Assembly: GCA_963765765.1 (NCBI GenBank)
Contig: CAVXYC010000029.1
Location: 1 to 64,000 of the forward strand
DNA length: 64,000 nucleotides
Origin: an uncultured Chloroflexia bacterium
Lineage (GTDB): Bacteria > Chloroflexota > UBA6077 > JACCZL01
Direction of reading: 5' to 3'
In this document: piece after piece, positions 31,550-41,072 of the stretch
Layout: every line of letters begins with the position of its first letter
Numbering within the stretch: the first letter of the stretch is position 1
Program-made: the position numbers and the translations under genes
Notes under the pieces: model-generated
Databases searched by the model: none
What the model saw: the letters and a program-made list of their open reading frames with translations, nothing else
What the model was told of the DNA's origin: nothing

Positions 31550-32254
31550 ATGCACGAAGAGTCAAAACCAGCCAGCGTTCGCAGCTCGAACGATGAGCGG
31601 CGGCCCCGCGCCAATGTGGAGGCTGTGCAACCGCGGCAGCGGCGAAAGGAGTCGCGGCCTGCGGAGATCCTGACCGCGGCGCTGGAGGAGTTCGCCGAAA
31701 ACGGCTACGCGGCCGCTCGGTTGGAGAACGTCGCGCGCCGCGCTGGCGTAGCCAAAGGCACGATCTACCTGTATTTCGCCAGCAAGGAGAAGCTGTTCCA
31801 GGCGGTCGTGCAACGAGCGGTAACGCCTCAGCTCGATCAAATAGAGCGCCTGGCTCAGGCTCACTCAGGCTCGGTGGAGGAGTTCTTACGCGGCCCGTTC
31901 CTCATGCTCCAGCGGCAGCTGCTAGGGTCAGACCTGCGACGGCTCCTACGCGTCTTCCTGACGGAGGGATTGCTCTTCCCCGAGCTGACTGAGTTCTACT
32001 ACAACGAGGTGGTTTCCCGAGGTCTCGCCGTGATGCGCACGCTGATTGCGCACGGTGTTGAGGCAGGCGAGTTTCGCGAGACGGCGTTGGTCCAACTCCC
32101 GCAGCCGCTGATCGCCGGAGCCCTGGTCGCCCTCCTGTGGGAATCGCTCTTCGGCCGCCTGCATCCCCTGGATACCGATCGACTGCTGGAAACCCACCTC
32201 AACGTGATCCTGGATGGCCTGAAGACGCGGCCGACCGCGGCAACGTATCGATGA
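31550..32254 (+). CDS. TetR/AcrR family transcriptional regulator
   Basis: ILTAALEEFAENGYAAARLENVARRAGVAKGTIYLYFASKEKLF. Confidence 0.95.
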   Translation: MHEESKPASVRSSNDERRPRANVEAVQPRQRRKESRPAEILTAALEEFAENGYAAARLENVARRAGVAKGTIYLYFASKEKLFQAVVQRAVTPQLDQIERLAQAHSGSVEEFLRGPFLMLQRQLLGSDLRRLLRVFLTEGLLFPELTEFYYNEVVSRGLAVMRTLIAHGVEAGEFRETALVQLPQPLIAGALVALLWESLFGRLHPLDTDRLLETHLNVILDGLKTRPTAATYR

Positions 32255-32359
32255 CCATCATACTGCGCCAGCTTGACAATGAAATCGTCGCGCAGCGCAC
32301 AGTTGCAATCAAAAGCGAGAGCTATACTCGGCTTAGTTCGACCAACCGAGGTGGCTGAC

Positions 32360-32458
32360 ATGGCTGACGAAGATTTCGAGCTGCCAATTCCCACGACTGA
32401 AGAGCAGCTTCTAGAGCAAGATGGGCAGATGATTGTTCCTGACGAGCCCGAGGCATAG
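32360..32458 (+). CDS. Putative 32-aa acidic microprotein
   Basis: GAGGTGG RBS; TATACT at 32323-32328; MADEDFELPIPTTEEQLLEQDGQMIVPDEPEA. Confidence 0.45.
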   Translation: MADEDFELPIPTTEEQLLEQDGQMIVPDEPEA

Positions 32459-32477
32459 CTCGATTATCGAGGGCGGC

Positions 32478-33659
32478 CTAGCCGATCGCTGAGAGCGCTT
32501 CCGCGTGCAGGTCAGCGTAGCGACCTTCCAGAATGGCCGTGCGCACGCGGGCGACCAGATTCATCAAATGCGCCACGTTATGGACGCTGGCGAGCCGGCA
32601 GCCCAGCGCAGAACGAGTCTGGAACATCGAGCGCAGCGCTAGTCGGCTATATCGCTGACAGGTCGTGCAATCGCAGGCGCGATCGATCGGGCCATGTGGA
32701 TCTTCGAGTGGTCCACGAACCAGACTGATCTTGCGCCAGCCGTGAAATACCCACCCGCCACGCCCCAGGCGGGTGGGTAGGACGCAATCGAACATATCGA
32801 TCCCAAATCCTGGATAAGCAGCGATCTGCGCGGGCATACCCACGCCCATCAAGTACTTCGGCTTCTTCCCTGGCAGCGCATCGGCGCATAGCTGGGCAAG
32901 CTCAGTTGTGAGTGCTGACGATTCACCAACGCTCAATCCCCCGATGGAGTAGCCGGGCAGGTCCATTGCCGCAAGCTCCTGAACGGCGCGTAGGCGCTCG
33001 CGTTCGTACATTCCGCCTTGAACGATTCCGAACAGCCACTGGTCATCCCGTTGCTGGGCGCGTTGACACCGTTCCAGCCAGCGCCTGGTGCGATCGGCCG
33101 CTGCCGCGGCGGCCGACTCATCCGCACCTGCCGGAAGGCAGACATCGAGGGGCATGATGATGTCCGCCCCGATGCGTTCCTGCAGGCCGATGACTGACTC
33201 GGGGGTGAATCGTCGCCTCCGACCATCAAGATGGGTGCGAATGGTGACGCCTGATTCCTCTAGGTCAATCAGGTCCGAAAGGCTGAATACCTGGTAGCCA
33301 CCGCTATCGGTGAGCATGGGGCCGTTCCAGCCTGTGAACCGCTGGATCCCGCCCAGTCTGGCAACGCGCGCGGCACCGGGCTGAAGCGCCAGGTGATAGG
33401 TATTCCCAAGGACACAGTGGGCGTTTGCCGCTCGAAGGTCCGATGGAGTCAGACCTTTGACGGTGCCAACCGTGCCCACCGGCATGAAGGTGGGTGTGGT
33501 GATGTCCCCATGTGGAGTGCGGATGCGTCCAATTCGGGCACCCGTCTGTTGACACTCAGTTAGGATCTCAAATGAAAGCGTGTTAGTTGACAGAATATTT
33601 GGCTCGTACGGGTTGATATACTCGTTGAGAGATGCTGAGGTTGACTTTCTCCGAGTCAA
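32478..33659 (-). CDS. tgt: tRNA-guanine transglycosylase (start probably 20-25 codons downstream)
   Basis: TPTFMPVGT, LGNTYHL, TDSGGYQ, FGIVQGG, DMFDCVLPTR, CDCTTC zinc site. Confidence 0.95.
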   Translation of the reverse strand: MTRRKSTSASLNEYINPYEPNILSTNTLSFEILTECQQTGARIGRIRTPHGDITTPTFMPVGTVGTVKGLTPSDLRAANAHCVLGNTYHLALQPGAARVARLGGIQRFTGWNGPMLTDSGGYQVFSLSDLIDLEESGVTIRTHLDGRRRRFTPESVIGLQERIGADIIMPLDVCLPAGADESAAAAAADRTRRWLERCQRAQQRDDQWLFGIVQGGMYERERLRAVQELAAMDLPGYSIGGLSVGESSALTTELAQLCADALPGKKPKYLMGVGMPAQIAAYPGFGIDMFDCVLPTRLGRGGWVFHGWRKISLVRGPLEDPHGPIDRACDCTTCQRYSRLALRSMFQTRSALGCRLASVHNVAHLMNLVARVRTAILEGRYADLHAEALSAIG

Positions 33660-33793
33660 CGCCGTTCCGCCTGTCTGCCCGGAGAGAACGACTCCTCACG
33701 GATAAAAGCAGAGTCAGCCCGTTACTCCGAGCAGCATGACAGTGGTTCGATGCAGATAGCGCGAAACTGGTACTGATCAGCACGGAACAGAAT

Positions 33794-34027
33794 ATGCCAC
33801 TTGATTCCATCGCTAAATCGCTCATCCTGTTCGGCCTTGTCATTCTGGTGATGGGCGTGGTGATGCTGTTTGCTGGGCGGGTGCCTGGCCTGGGAAATCT
33901 ACCCGGCGATATCTTCTGGCAGCGAGACAACGTAAGCATTTATATCCCGATTGTCACAAGCATCGTCGTAAGCGTGGTCCTGACGGTCGTGCTCAACATC
34001 GTCGCGCGTGTGTTCTGGCGTCAATGA
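33794..34027 (+). CDS. DUF2905 small membrane protein
   Basis: LGNLPGDI...YIPIVTSIVVS; usual neighbour of queA. Confidence 0.85.
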   Translation: MPLDSIAKSLILFGLVILVMGVVMLFAGRVPGLGNLPGDIFWQRDNVSIYIPIVTSIVVSVVLTVVLNIVARVFWRQ

Positions 34028-35066
34028 CGCGGGACGAGACAGAATCGCTATCTACGGCCGATTTTGACTACGAGTTACCCTCAGAGCTGATAGCGCAGGC
34101 CCCGGTAGAGCCGCGCGATAGCTCCGCCTCATGGTCATTCCCCGAGCAGGCGGTTTGGAGCATCGGACATTTCGAGACGTTCTCGAATACATGAGGCCCG
34201 GAGACCTGTTAGTTGCCAACCGGAGCCGCGTTATTCCTGCCCGAATCACAGCCCGCCGGCCGGGCGGTGGAATCGCTGAGATTCTGCTGCTTCATCAGGT
34301 GGCCCGCGGCCGCTGGGAAGTCCTCGTTCGGCCCGGGCGTCGAATCTTTCCGGGCATGTTTCTTACCATTGATGACAGGCTATCGCTGGACGTCATCGAC
34401 CGAACGGATCGAGGGTGGGCGTATCGTCGAGGTACGAGGCGACTATCCCGATCCGGACGTGGCGTTGCTGGAGCGAGGCGCTGTTCCGCTACCGCCATAC
34501 GTAGAAGGATGGGTCGGGGAATCGGAGCGGTATCAGACCATTTACGCGGACCATCTTGGCTCTGTAGCGGCACCGACCGCCGGCCAGTCCATTTCACGCC
34601 TGACCTCCTGGAACGATTGGAGGAAGTCCGGCGTGCGTTGGGAGGTCTTAACGCTTCATGTAGGTCTGGGGACATTTCGACCGGTCAAATCCGAGGATGT
34701 CAGCGCTCATACGATGCACCGTGAGATGGTGGACGTTCCAGCCAGAATCATCGACGCTGTCGTACAGACCAGGCAGCGCGGCGGACGGGTCATCGCGGTC
34801 GGCACGACCACTGTTCGCGCGCTGGAGTCAGCGATGCGCTTCGGCGGAGCTGAGGGCTGGCAGGGCTGGACCGAGCTGTTCATCACGCCGGATTCGAGTT
34901 CCGCGCAATCGATGGATTGATCACGAATTTACATCTTCCGCGATCCACACTCATGATGCTGGTGAGCGGGCTCGTGGGGCGGGATCGCCTACTCGATTGC
35001 TACCGTGAGGCCATCGAGATGCGCTATCGCTTCTTTAGCTTTGGCGATGCCATGCTGATCATCTGA
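34024..35066 (+). CDS. queA: SAM:tRNA ribosyltransferase-isomerase, several frameshifts
   Basis: [61 protein letters not shown]. Confidence 0.92.
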
Positions 35067-35205
35067 AGTCCGGACATGAGACCGCGACCGCCGACATCCT
35101 GTCGCTCGGCCCGCGAGGGCCGCCTTGAGAAATCCATGACTAGCGGGAGCGGTAGGATCGATAGCGGACCTTGGGGGCCGAGCGACAGGCTATCGGCGGT
35201 CGCGG

Positions 35206-36183
35206 TCAGTGTGGGAGGCGGACGACGAGCTCGCCGCCAAGCTCAGTCTGCTCAGCGAGACCGTCATCCACGAGGCTGGCCAGAAGAGCCGCGAGATCAA
35301 CTTCTTCGGATTCGTGTCCGGCTGGTAGGTTGGCCACAACTGCGCGCCATTCGACAAAGTCATCGTGATCGAATGCTCGAAGCGCGTTGACGATACGGCC
35401 GCGCCAACGCCTGCGGGCCGCGCCCGTATCGGGGCGTGCGGCGTACTCAGTTCGAGCTTCCCGGACCCTGCGGACAGGCCCTCCACTCGACTCGGTTTCT
35501 CGTCGCCAGCGGCAGAGCGCAGCGGCGGGACAGAGCTCACATTGGGGGACTACCGCTCCGCAGATTGTGGCACCAAGGTCCATGAGAGCCTGATTCCAGC
35601 GGTATGCGTCTCCGACAGGTAGGACCGCCTCGGCGAGCTTCCAGGCGATCGACTCGCTCACTCCATCACGCTCGCCCAGGATGAGTCGACCGAGCACCCG
35701 ACGGACATTTGTGTCTACGACCGTTGTTTGCTGTTCGAAGGCGAAACACGCGACGGCGCCGGCTGTGTATCGACCCAGGCCGGGCAGCGATTGCAGATCC
35801 GCGAGCGTCTCAGGGAGCACGCCGTCGAAGCGCTCCTTAGCCGCCCTGGCGGCAAGGTGGAGATATCGCGCACGGCGGTTGTAGCCCAGTGGGGACCACA
35901 CCCTCAGGACTTCACTGAGCGGAGCATCAGCCAGGGCGCTAAGCGTTGGAAATCGCTGGAGAAATTGCTCGTACTTCGGCAGTACCCGGTCAACCTGCGT
36001 CTGCTGGAGCATGATCTCCGAAACGAGTACTTGGTACGGATCACGCGTCCGCCGCCAGGGTAATTCGCGGCTGTTGCCATCGTACCAACGAAAGATGGCG
36101 TCATGGAGCGACGCGTAAGAATCCCTTCCGTCGTCGGTCGATGAAGCGCGAGTTATATTCAGTTTTGGACTTGCTCCCGGCAT
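35206..36183 (-). CDS. mutY: A/G-specific adenine DNA glycosylase (short form, no NUDIX-like C-domain)
   Basis: RELPWR, VSEIMLQQTQV, LPGLGRYTA, VDTNVRRV, ICGAVVPQCELCPAAALC 4Fe-4S motif. Confidence 0.93.
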   Translation of the reverse strand: MPGASPKLNITRASSTDDGRDSYASLHDAIFRWYDGNSRELPWRRTRDPYQVLVSEIMLQQTQVDRVLPKYEQFLQRFPTLSALADAPLSEVLRVWSPLGYNRRARYLHLAARAAKERFDGVLPETLADLQSLPGLGRYTAGAVACFAFEQQTTVVDTNVRRVLGRLILGERDGVSESIAWKLAEAVLPVGDAYRWNQALMDLGATICGAVVPQCELCPAAALCRWRRETESSGGPVRRVREARTEYAARPDTGAARRRWRGRIVNALRAFDHDDFVEWRAVVANLPAGHESEEVDLAALLASLVDDGLAEQTELGGELVVRLPH

Positions 36184-36243
36184 CGGAAAAGCATACCATC
36201 CGAGCTTGTCGCCCCAGTTCGCTAACTTGGGGCCGATGTATTC

Positions 36244-39081
36244 ATGAGCATCGTCCAGGCGCCAACGAGAAGGTCCGGCACCCGTCGAATTCAGGATGAG
36301 CCCGCCCGGGTTCATTTCCCTGACGCTGGCGCGACGGCAGCATCCTCACCGCGCCGAGTAGCCGCCCCGAGCAGGCCGGCAAACTCAGTACTCGACTCGA
36401 GCGTCACCTCCCTTGTAGCGCTGAGTGTCATCGCAATCGCGATGCTCGAGCTGGCCCTCATGATTGGCGATTGGTTTGGAAGCCTCCTCGCCATGCTCGC
36501 GTCGGCCATGGCGCTTGTGGCGGCGATCACATCCGGGCTTGCCTATCTCTCAGTCGAGCCGCGTGAAAAGCTCGCCTGGCTCGCCGCCTGGCTAGGTGCC
36601 GGAGTTCTGATGCTGGGGCTAGCAATGCTTGCCATGGTTGGCGGCACGCTCGGTACGCCCGCGCAACAGTGGGCAGAGCGGGTTTTGATCTGCGCTGTTC
36701 CTTTGCTGCTGGCGGCGGCGCTTCTCCGCGTAGACGGCGAGCTCACCACATTTCGAACGCTGAAGCTTGTGGCCGACATTCTCGTATTGGGCTTCACCAT
36801 CGTTATCGGCGTCACCGTCATCAGTGACGCCGATAGCATCGTCCTGACGAGTCGCGGCGCGGCCATGGTTGAATCGGGCGTTTTTGCCAGTGCCTACGTA
36901 TGTCTTGCCTTTGGCTGGATCATCGTGGCGCGACCATTCTTGCTCCGCAGTCGGATAACGCCGCCGGCGGCGTTTGCCTGGGGCTGCGTTGTGATCTCGG
37001 GGGGCGCCTGCGCTCAAGCACTGGCTATGGTCCATATTCTGCCAAGTCGATGGATCGGGGTTCCATTCTGGATCGTCGGCATCGCGTCGCTGTGTTACGC
37101 GGGCTATCTCGGAGCACGCGGAGATCGCGTGATGGGCGCTGAGCAGACCGACGCGTCGATGCTCTTCAGCAGTCGGCTCCACCTCATCCCGTCCATCGCC
37201 GCGGCCTTGCTGCTGCTGGCCATCTGGAGCAGTCAGGCGGTGACGCTCTCGCCGCCTTCGCTGGTCGTGTACTTCGCCTCAAACGTTCTGGCGGGGCTCA
37301 TCGTTGCACGACTCATCATCACGGTCTGCGAAAACTCATCGCTTCTCACGCATATTGAAGGCACCATCGAAAATGAGGAGAGCTTCCGCGATCTCGGTGT
37401 GGCCCTCAACTCGAGTTTGGAGATCCAGCGCGTCTTCCAGCACGTCTGTAAGATTGGCGCAGTCATCATGCGCGCCGACCTGGCGGTACTTTGGCTCGTT
37501 GACCGTAGGGCTCAGGACCTCGAGCTCGTTGAGCTGGTGGGCCGCCCTCGTCAAGACTTCGTTGGCCGGCGCATCTCGCTGAACGATCTTCAGTCGGTGG
37601 CTGTGCGGGTGGTACGGTCCGGCGATCCGGAGGTCATCCCCTACGCGCTGGGATCACGCAACTCCAACCCGTTCCTCAACACGATGTTCCACTCTCAGTG
37701 TGTTCTCGGCGTACCGCTCACGCGTCAGGACCATCAGCCGGTTGGCGCGCTCGTCTTTTGCAGCAGTCGGAACCCCACCGCATTCCAGAAGCGGGACACG
37801 GCGAAAGCTGAAGTACTGGCCGTCCAGGCCGTGGTAGCAATGGACAATGCGCGGCTTTACGGTGCTCAACACGATCGACTTCAGGAAATGTCCGCTCTCT
37901 TTGAGATCGCACAGGCTGCCAGTCGAACGTTCTCTACGCATGAGCTCTGCAATGAGCTTCTTGTCATCCTTGGACACGTGGTGGCGTATCGCTCCGCCAC
38001 CGTTTACCTGACTGATACCAGCACCGGCGTGCTCCGTGGAGCAGTTCATAACATCAGGCCGAACGACGAAGGGGGTAGACCCCCGCGGCCAATCGGTCCA
38101 ACCGCCCTCGCGTCTCAGGTGTTCGAAGACGCGCGAGCAGCCTCAGCGGAATATGGCCCTGACGATCCGGAGGCGCGTCGCGGGCACCCGCCAACGCTCG
38201 TTCGAATCGCAGTGCCGCTGCCATCCAAAGAGGGCCCTCCGCTCGGGGTAGTGGAAGTGGAGAGTCATCAGGCTGATGCATTTGATCGCACGACGATCAA
38301 TCTGCTGACGTCCTTGGCGCATAATGCTGCCCTGGCGATTGTGAATCTCCACCTCGTTGAGGAAGCGCGTCAAGTGGCGGCACTCAAAGAGCTGGACCGT
38401 CTCAAAGACGAGCTCCTTGCTACCGTCTCCCACGAGCTCCGGACACCGCTCGGCTCCATCAAGGGATACTCCACAACGCTGATGAAGCATGCCGCCAGGC
38501 TCAGCGATGAAGAGCGACAAGAGTTTCTCACGATCATCGATGAAGAAGCCGATCGTCTGAACGAGCTCATTGGAAACCTTCTCGACCTCTCAAGTCTGCA
38601 AGCCGGCATGTTGTCGATGCGGCGGGAGCCGATCCGCTTGCGCGAAATCGCGGACACCGCGGTGAGGCGAGCGGGCCGCCGATCAGAGCAGCATGATGTC
38701 AGCCTAGATTGGGCGGCTGATCCCGTTATTCTTGCCGACTCCAAGCGTATGGAGCAGGTGTTCATGAACTTGCTCGTGAACGCCATAAAGTACTCTCCAG
38801 ACGGCGGTCTTGTCCTTATGCGCGCCGAGCAAGATCAGGGATATCTGATCGTGAGCGTCACCGACGAGGGTGTTGGCATCCCGAGCGGAGAGGTCGGTAG
38901 AATCTTCGATCGCTTTCATCGAGTGGAAGGTGAGCTCAAGCACCGTATCGGCGGGACGGGGCTTGGTCTGGCGATCTGTCGTCGTCTCATTGATGCCCAC
39001 CAGGGAAAGATCTGGGTGGAAAGCCAACTTGGGAAAGGCAGCACGTTCTATATTTCGCTGCCGATTCACGGAAAAGATTGA
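36244..39081 (+). CDS. Multi-TM sensor histidine kinase with two GAF domains
   Basis: About 10 hydrophobic helices in the N-terminal 360 aa; two GAF-like segments; H-box VSHELRTPL, N-box NLLVNAIKYS, G-boxes DEGVGI and GTGLGL. Confidence 0.92.
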   Translation: MSIVQAPTRRSGTRRIQDEPARVHFPDAGATAASSPRRVAAPSRPANSVLDSSVTSLVALSVIAIAMLELALMIGDWFGSLLAMLASAMALVAAITSGLAYLSVEPREKLAWLAAWLGAGVLMLGLAMLAMVGGTLGTPAQQWAERVLICAVPLLLAAALLRVDGELTTFRTLKLVADILVLGFTIVIGVTVISDADSIVLTSRGAAMVESGVFASAYVCLAFGWIIVARPFLLRSRITPPAAFAWGCVVISGGACAQALAMVHILPSRWIGVPFWIVGIASLCYAGYLGARGDRVMGAEQTDASMLFSSRLHLIPSIAAALLLLAIWSSQAVTLSPPSLVVYFASNVLAGLIVARLIITVCENSSLLTHIEGTIENEESFRDLGVALNSSLEIQRVFQHVCKIGAVIMRADLAVLWLVDRRAQDLELVELVGRPRQDFVGRRISLNDLQSVAVRVVRSGDPEVIPYALGSRNSNPFLNTMFHSQCVLGVPLTRQDHQPVGALVFCSSRNPTAFQKRDTAKAEVLAVQAVVAMDNARLYGAQHDRLQEMSALFEIAQAASRTFSTHELCNELLVILGHVVAYRSATVYLTDTSTGVLRGAVHNIRPNDEGGRPPRPIGPTALASQVFEDARAASAEYGPDDPEARRGHPPTLVRIAVPLPSKEGPPLGVVEVESHQADAFDRTTINLLTSLAHNAALAIVNLHLVEEARQVAALKELDRLKDELLATVSHELRTPLGSIKGYSTTLMKHAARLSDEERQEFLTIIDEEADRLNELIGNLLDLSSLQAGMLSMRREPIRLREIADTAVRRAGRRSEQHDVSLDWAADPVILADSKRMEQVFMNLLVNAIKYSPDGGLVLMRAEQDQGYLIVSVTDEGVGIPSGEVGRIFDRFHRVEGELKHRIGGTGLGLAICRRLIDAHQGKIWVESQLGKGSTFYISLPIHGKD

Positions 39082-39779
39082 TGAATACCAAGAGAGCCTC
39101 CGTACTTGTCGTAGATGACGACCCACGCCTTCTTCGCTTCGTTCAGCGGAATCTGGAGCTGAATGGGTATCGCACCGTTACGGCCATGGATGGCTTGGCC
39201 GCCCTGACCGCGTGCGAAGCGCAGGAGCTCGACTTATTGCTGGTGGACCTCGGAATCCCGGGTATCGATGGATTTGAAGTCACGCGTCGCGTGCGCGAAT
39301 TTTCGACTTTGCCGATCATCATCATTACGGCACGCGACAACGAGCAGGACAAGGTGAGAGGCCTTGACGCTGGCGCAGATGATTACCTGACGAAGCCATT
39401 TGGCGAACATGAGCTAATGGCTCGGGTGCGAGCGGTGCTTCGTCGAGCCAAGCTCTATGCTGTTGACCAGGGGCAGCCGGCCTTCCAGACAGGTGAGCTC
39501 ACTGTTGACTTCGCTCAGCAGCTCGCACTTATCAGTGATAAACCCGCGAATCTCACGCCGACTGAATTCCGCATTGTTTCGCACCTTGCGAAAAGTGCCG
39601 GACGAGTCGTCACGCAGACCGATCTGCTGACGAAGGTTTGGGGACCTGAGTACAAAGACGAAGCGCACCTCTTGCGGGTCAATATTGCTCGGCTTCGCGG
39701 CAAGATTGAGCCCGACACGAGCAACCCGCGCTACGTAATCACTCGACCCGGGGTCGGCTACGTTCTGAACAAGAATTAG
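39081..39779 (+). CDS. OmpR/KdpE-family response regulator
   Basis: VVDDD, LVDLGIPG, GADDYLTKPF, wHTH LTPTEF...LRVNIARLRGKIE...TRPGVGY; overlaps the kinase stop. Confidence 0.95.
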   Translation: MNTKRASVLVVDDDPRLLRFVQRNLELNGYRTVTAMDGLAALTACEAQELDLLLVDLGIPGIDGFEVTRRVREFSTLPIIIITARDNEQDKVRGLDAGADDYLTKPFGEHELMARVRAVLRRAKLYAVDQGQPAFQTGELTVDFAQQLALISDKPANLTPTEFRIVSHLAKSAGRVVTQTDLLTKVWGPEYKDEAHLLRVNIARLRGKIEPDTSNPRYVITRPGVGYVLNKN

Positions 39780-39983
39780 CCCAGACAGTTCATCCCGGAC
39801 GTCGCTAGACACTGCGCCAATCTCGTTTAAACAATGTTCTAATCCCGCGCGATGATCGGAAGATCATCGCCATTCATAGTGTTCCGCTTTCCACGCGTTG
39901 CGCCCCAACACTACCCGGACATCGAGTGATGCAAAGTGCACACGCGAGACTAACTCCGGCCGGTTCATGTCCCGCGTATCGGT

Positions 39984-40035
39984 CTGTGATGCCACTGTGA
40001 TGAAAGTGGACGCCCAGCGTAACGGGCCTGTGATG
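39984..40035. promoter_or_regulatory. 11-bp-phased direct-repeat array (putative OmpR-family binding sites)
   Basis: GTGAT at 39986, 39997 and 40030 and GTAAC at 40019, all on an 11-bp register. Confidence 0.55.
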
Positions 40036-40186
40036 CGATAGTGCGGATGATGCTGGTGGCGGTGGACCTAGCCAGTAGCTCCGGCATCGGGGCGATGGGG
40101 AAGAGCTACCGTGACCATGACGGTTGTGTGGCGTGAAATTGGGGGGTCAATGGCACGTTGCACAACCGCATCGTGACTTTTGGATT

Positions 40187-40396
40187 ATGAACTCAAGAGC
40201 CGTCGGTTCAACCACGAGTGCTAGCGCCACTCAACAGGCTCGTCCCGAGTCTGTTTTGAGCACGACTGATCTTCAGCGTCTCACATTGTTCAAGTGGCGA
40301 TATACGCTTGAGGCGCAGGGCTTCACTACTCCCCAATGCGACGGGTTACTTTTCCTGCGCTGGCTTAGGGTACGTCGACCGCTCACACTCCGATAA
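40187..40396 (+). CDS. Small hypothetical protein with an internal duplicated helix motif
   Basis: LSTTDLQRLTLFKWRY / FTTPQCDGLLFLRWLR; start codon uncertain. Confidence 0.6.
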   Translation: MNSRAVGSTTSASATQQARPESVLSTTDLQRLTLFKWRYTLEAQGFTTPQCDGLLFLRWLRVRRPLTLR

Positions 40397-40490
40397 CTCC
40401 TTCCTCTAGCCCTGATGACAGATTAGGGCTTGCAGCTTGTACGAAATTCCCAGTACGCTTCCGACCCTTGCGGGGGCGTTGGCACTGCTC

Positions 40491-40994
40491 ATGATGGATG
40501 TTGGTTTCAGCCTGAGGGCCGCGACTCTCGACGATCAGCCTGAGATTCGAGGCCGAGTGACTGTCACGCTCAACCATCCCGAGGGTGGGGCTCGACCGCC
40601 AAGTCTCCGCGGTTCTATTGAACGAGGCGAAGTCTTACTTCTCGAGTTTTTTGACCCACGCGAGCGTCAGACACGGATAGGCGGTTTCATCGAATACCGA
40701 TTGCGCGTTGACGACAGTCTCACCATTCGTGAGGTAGGCGTGGAGGAAGGTCCGTCTCAGGTGGCGATTGCCAAGCATCTCTTGAATGGCGTGCTGGATT
40801 CCGTGAGACCGGTAGCGGCGACGGTAAAGGTTCTTCGCGATGCAAGCTTCTGGAACGAGATTCTCGCGACGATCGTGGGCTTCCAGATTGAGGGGCCGCC
40901 TGAGTACAGTCGGAGGCACTATTTCAATGTTTGGGAATGGAGACGCGAGCGTGCCAGCGCGCGCAACACGCGACCTCGGGGTGGCAGGCGTTAG
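40491..40994 (+). CDS. Hypothetical protein, degenerate GNAT-like fold
   Basis: LRAATLDD start, GFIEY, LTIREVGV, IAKHLL, VGF: GNAT-like pattern without the usual RxxGxG motif. Confidence 0.55.
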   Translation: MMDVGFSLRAATLDDQPEIRGRVTVTLNHPEGGARPPSLRGSIERGEVLLLEFFDPRERQTRIGGFIEYRLRVDDSLTIREVGVEEGPSQVAIAKHLLNGVLDSVRPVAATVKVLRDASFWNEILATIVGFQIEGPPEYSRRHYFNVWEWRRERASARNTRPRGGRR

Positions 40995-41072
40995 CCAATG
41001 GTTCAACCTCTTGCCCTGTGCTACACTCTCGCCCGTTCCGAAGCCCGCCCCAAGGTTTTTATCGAAGGAGAT

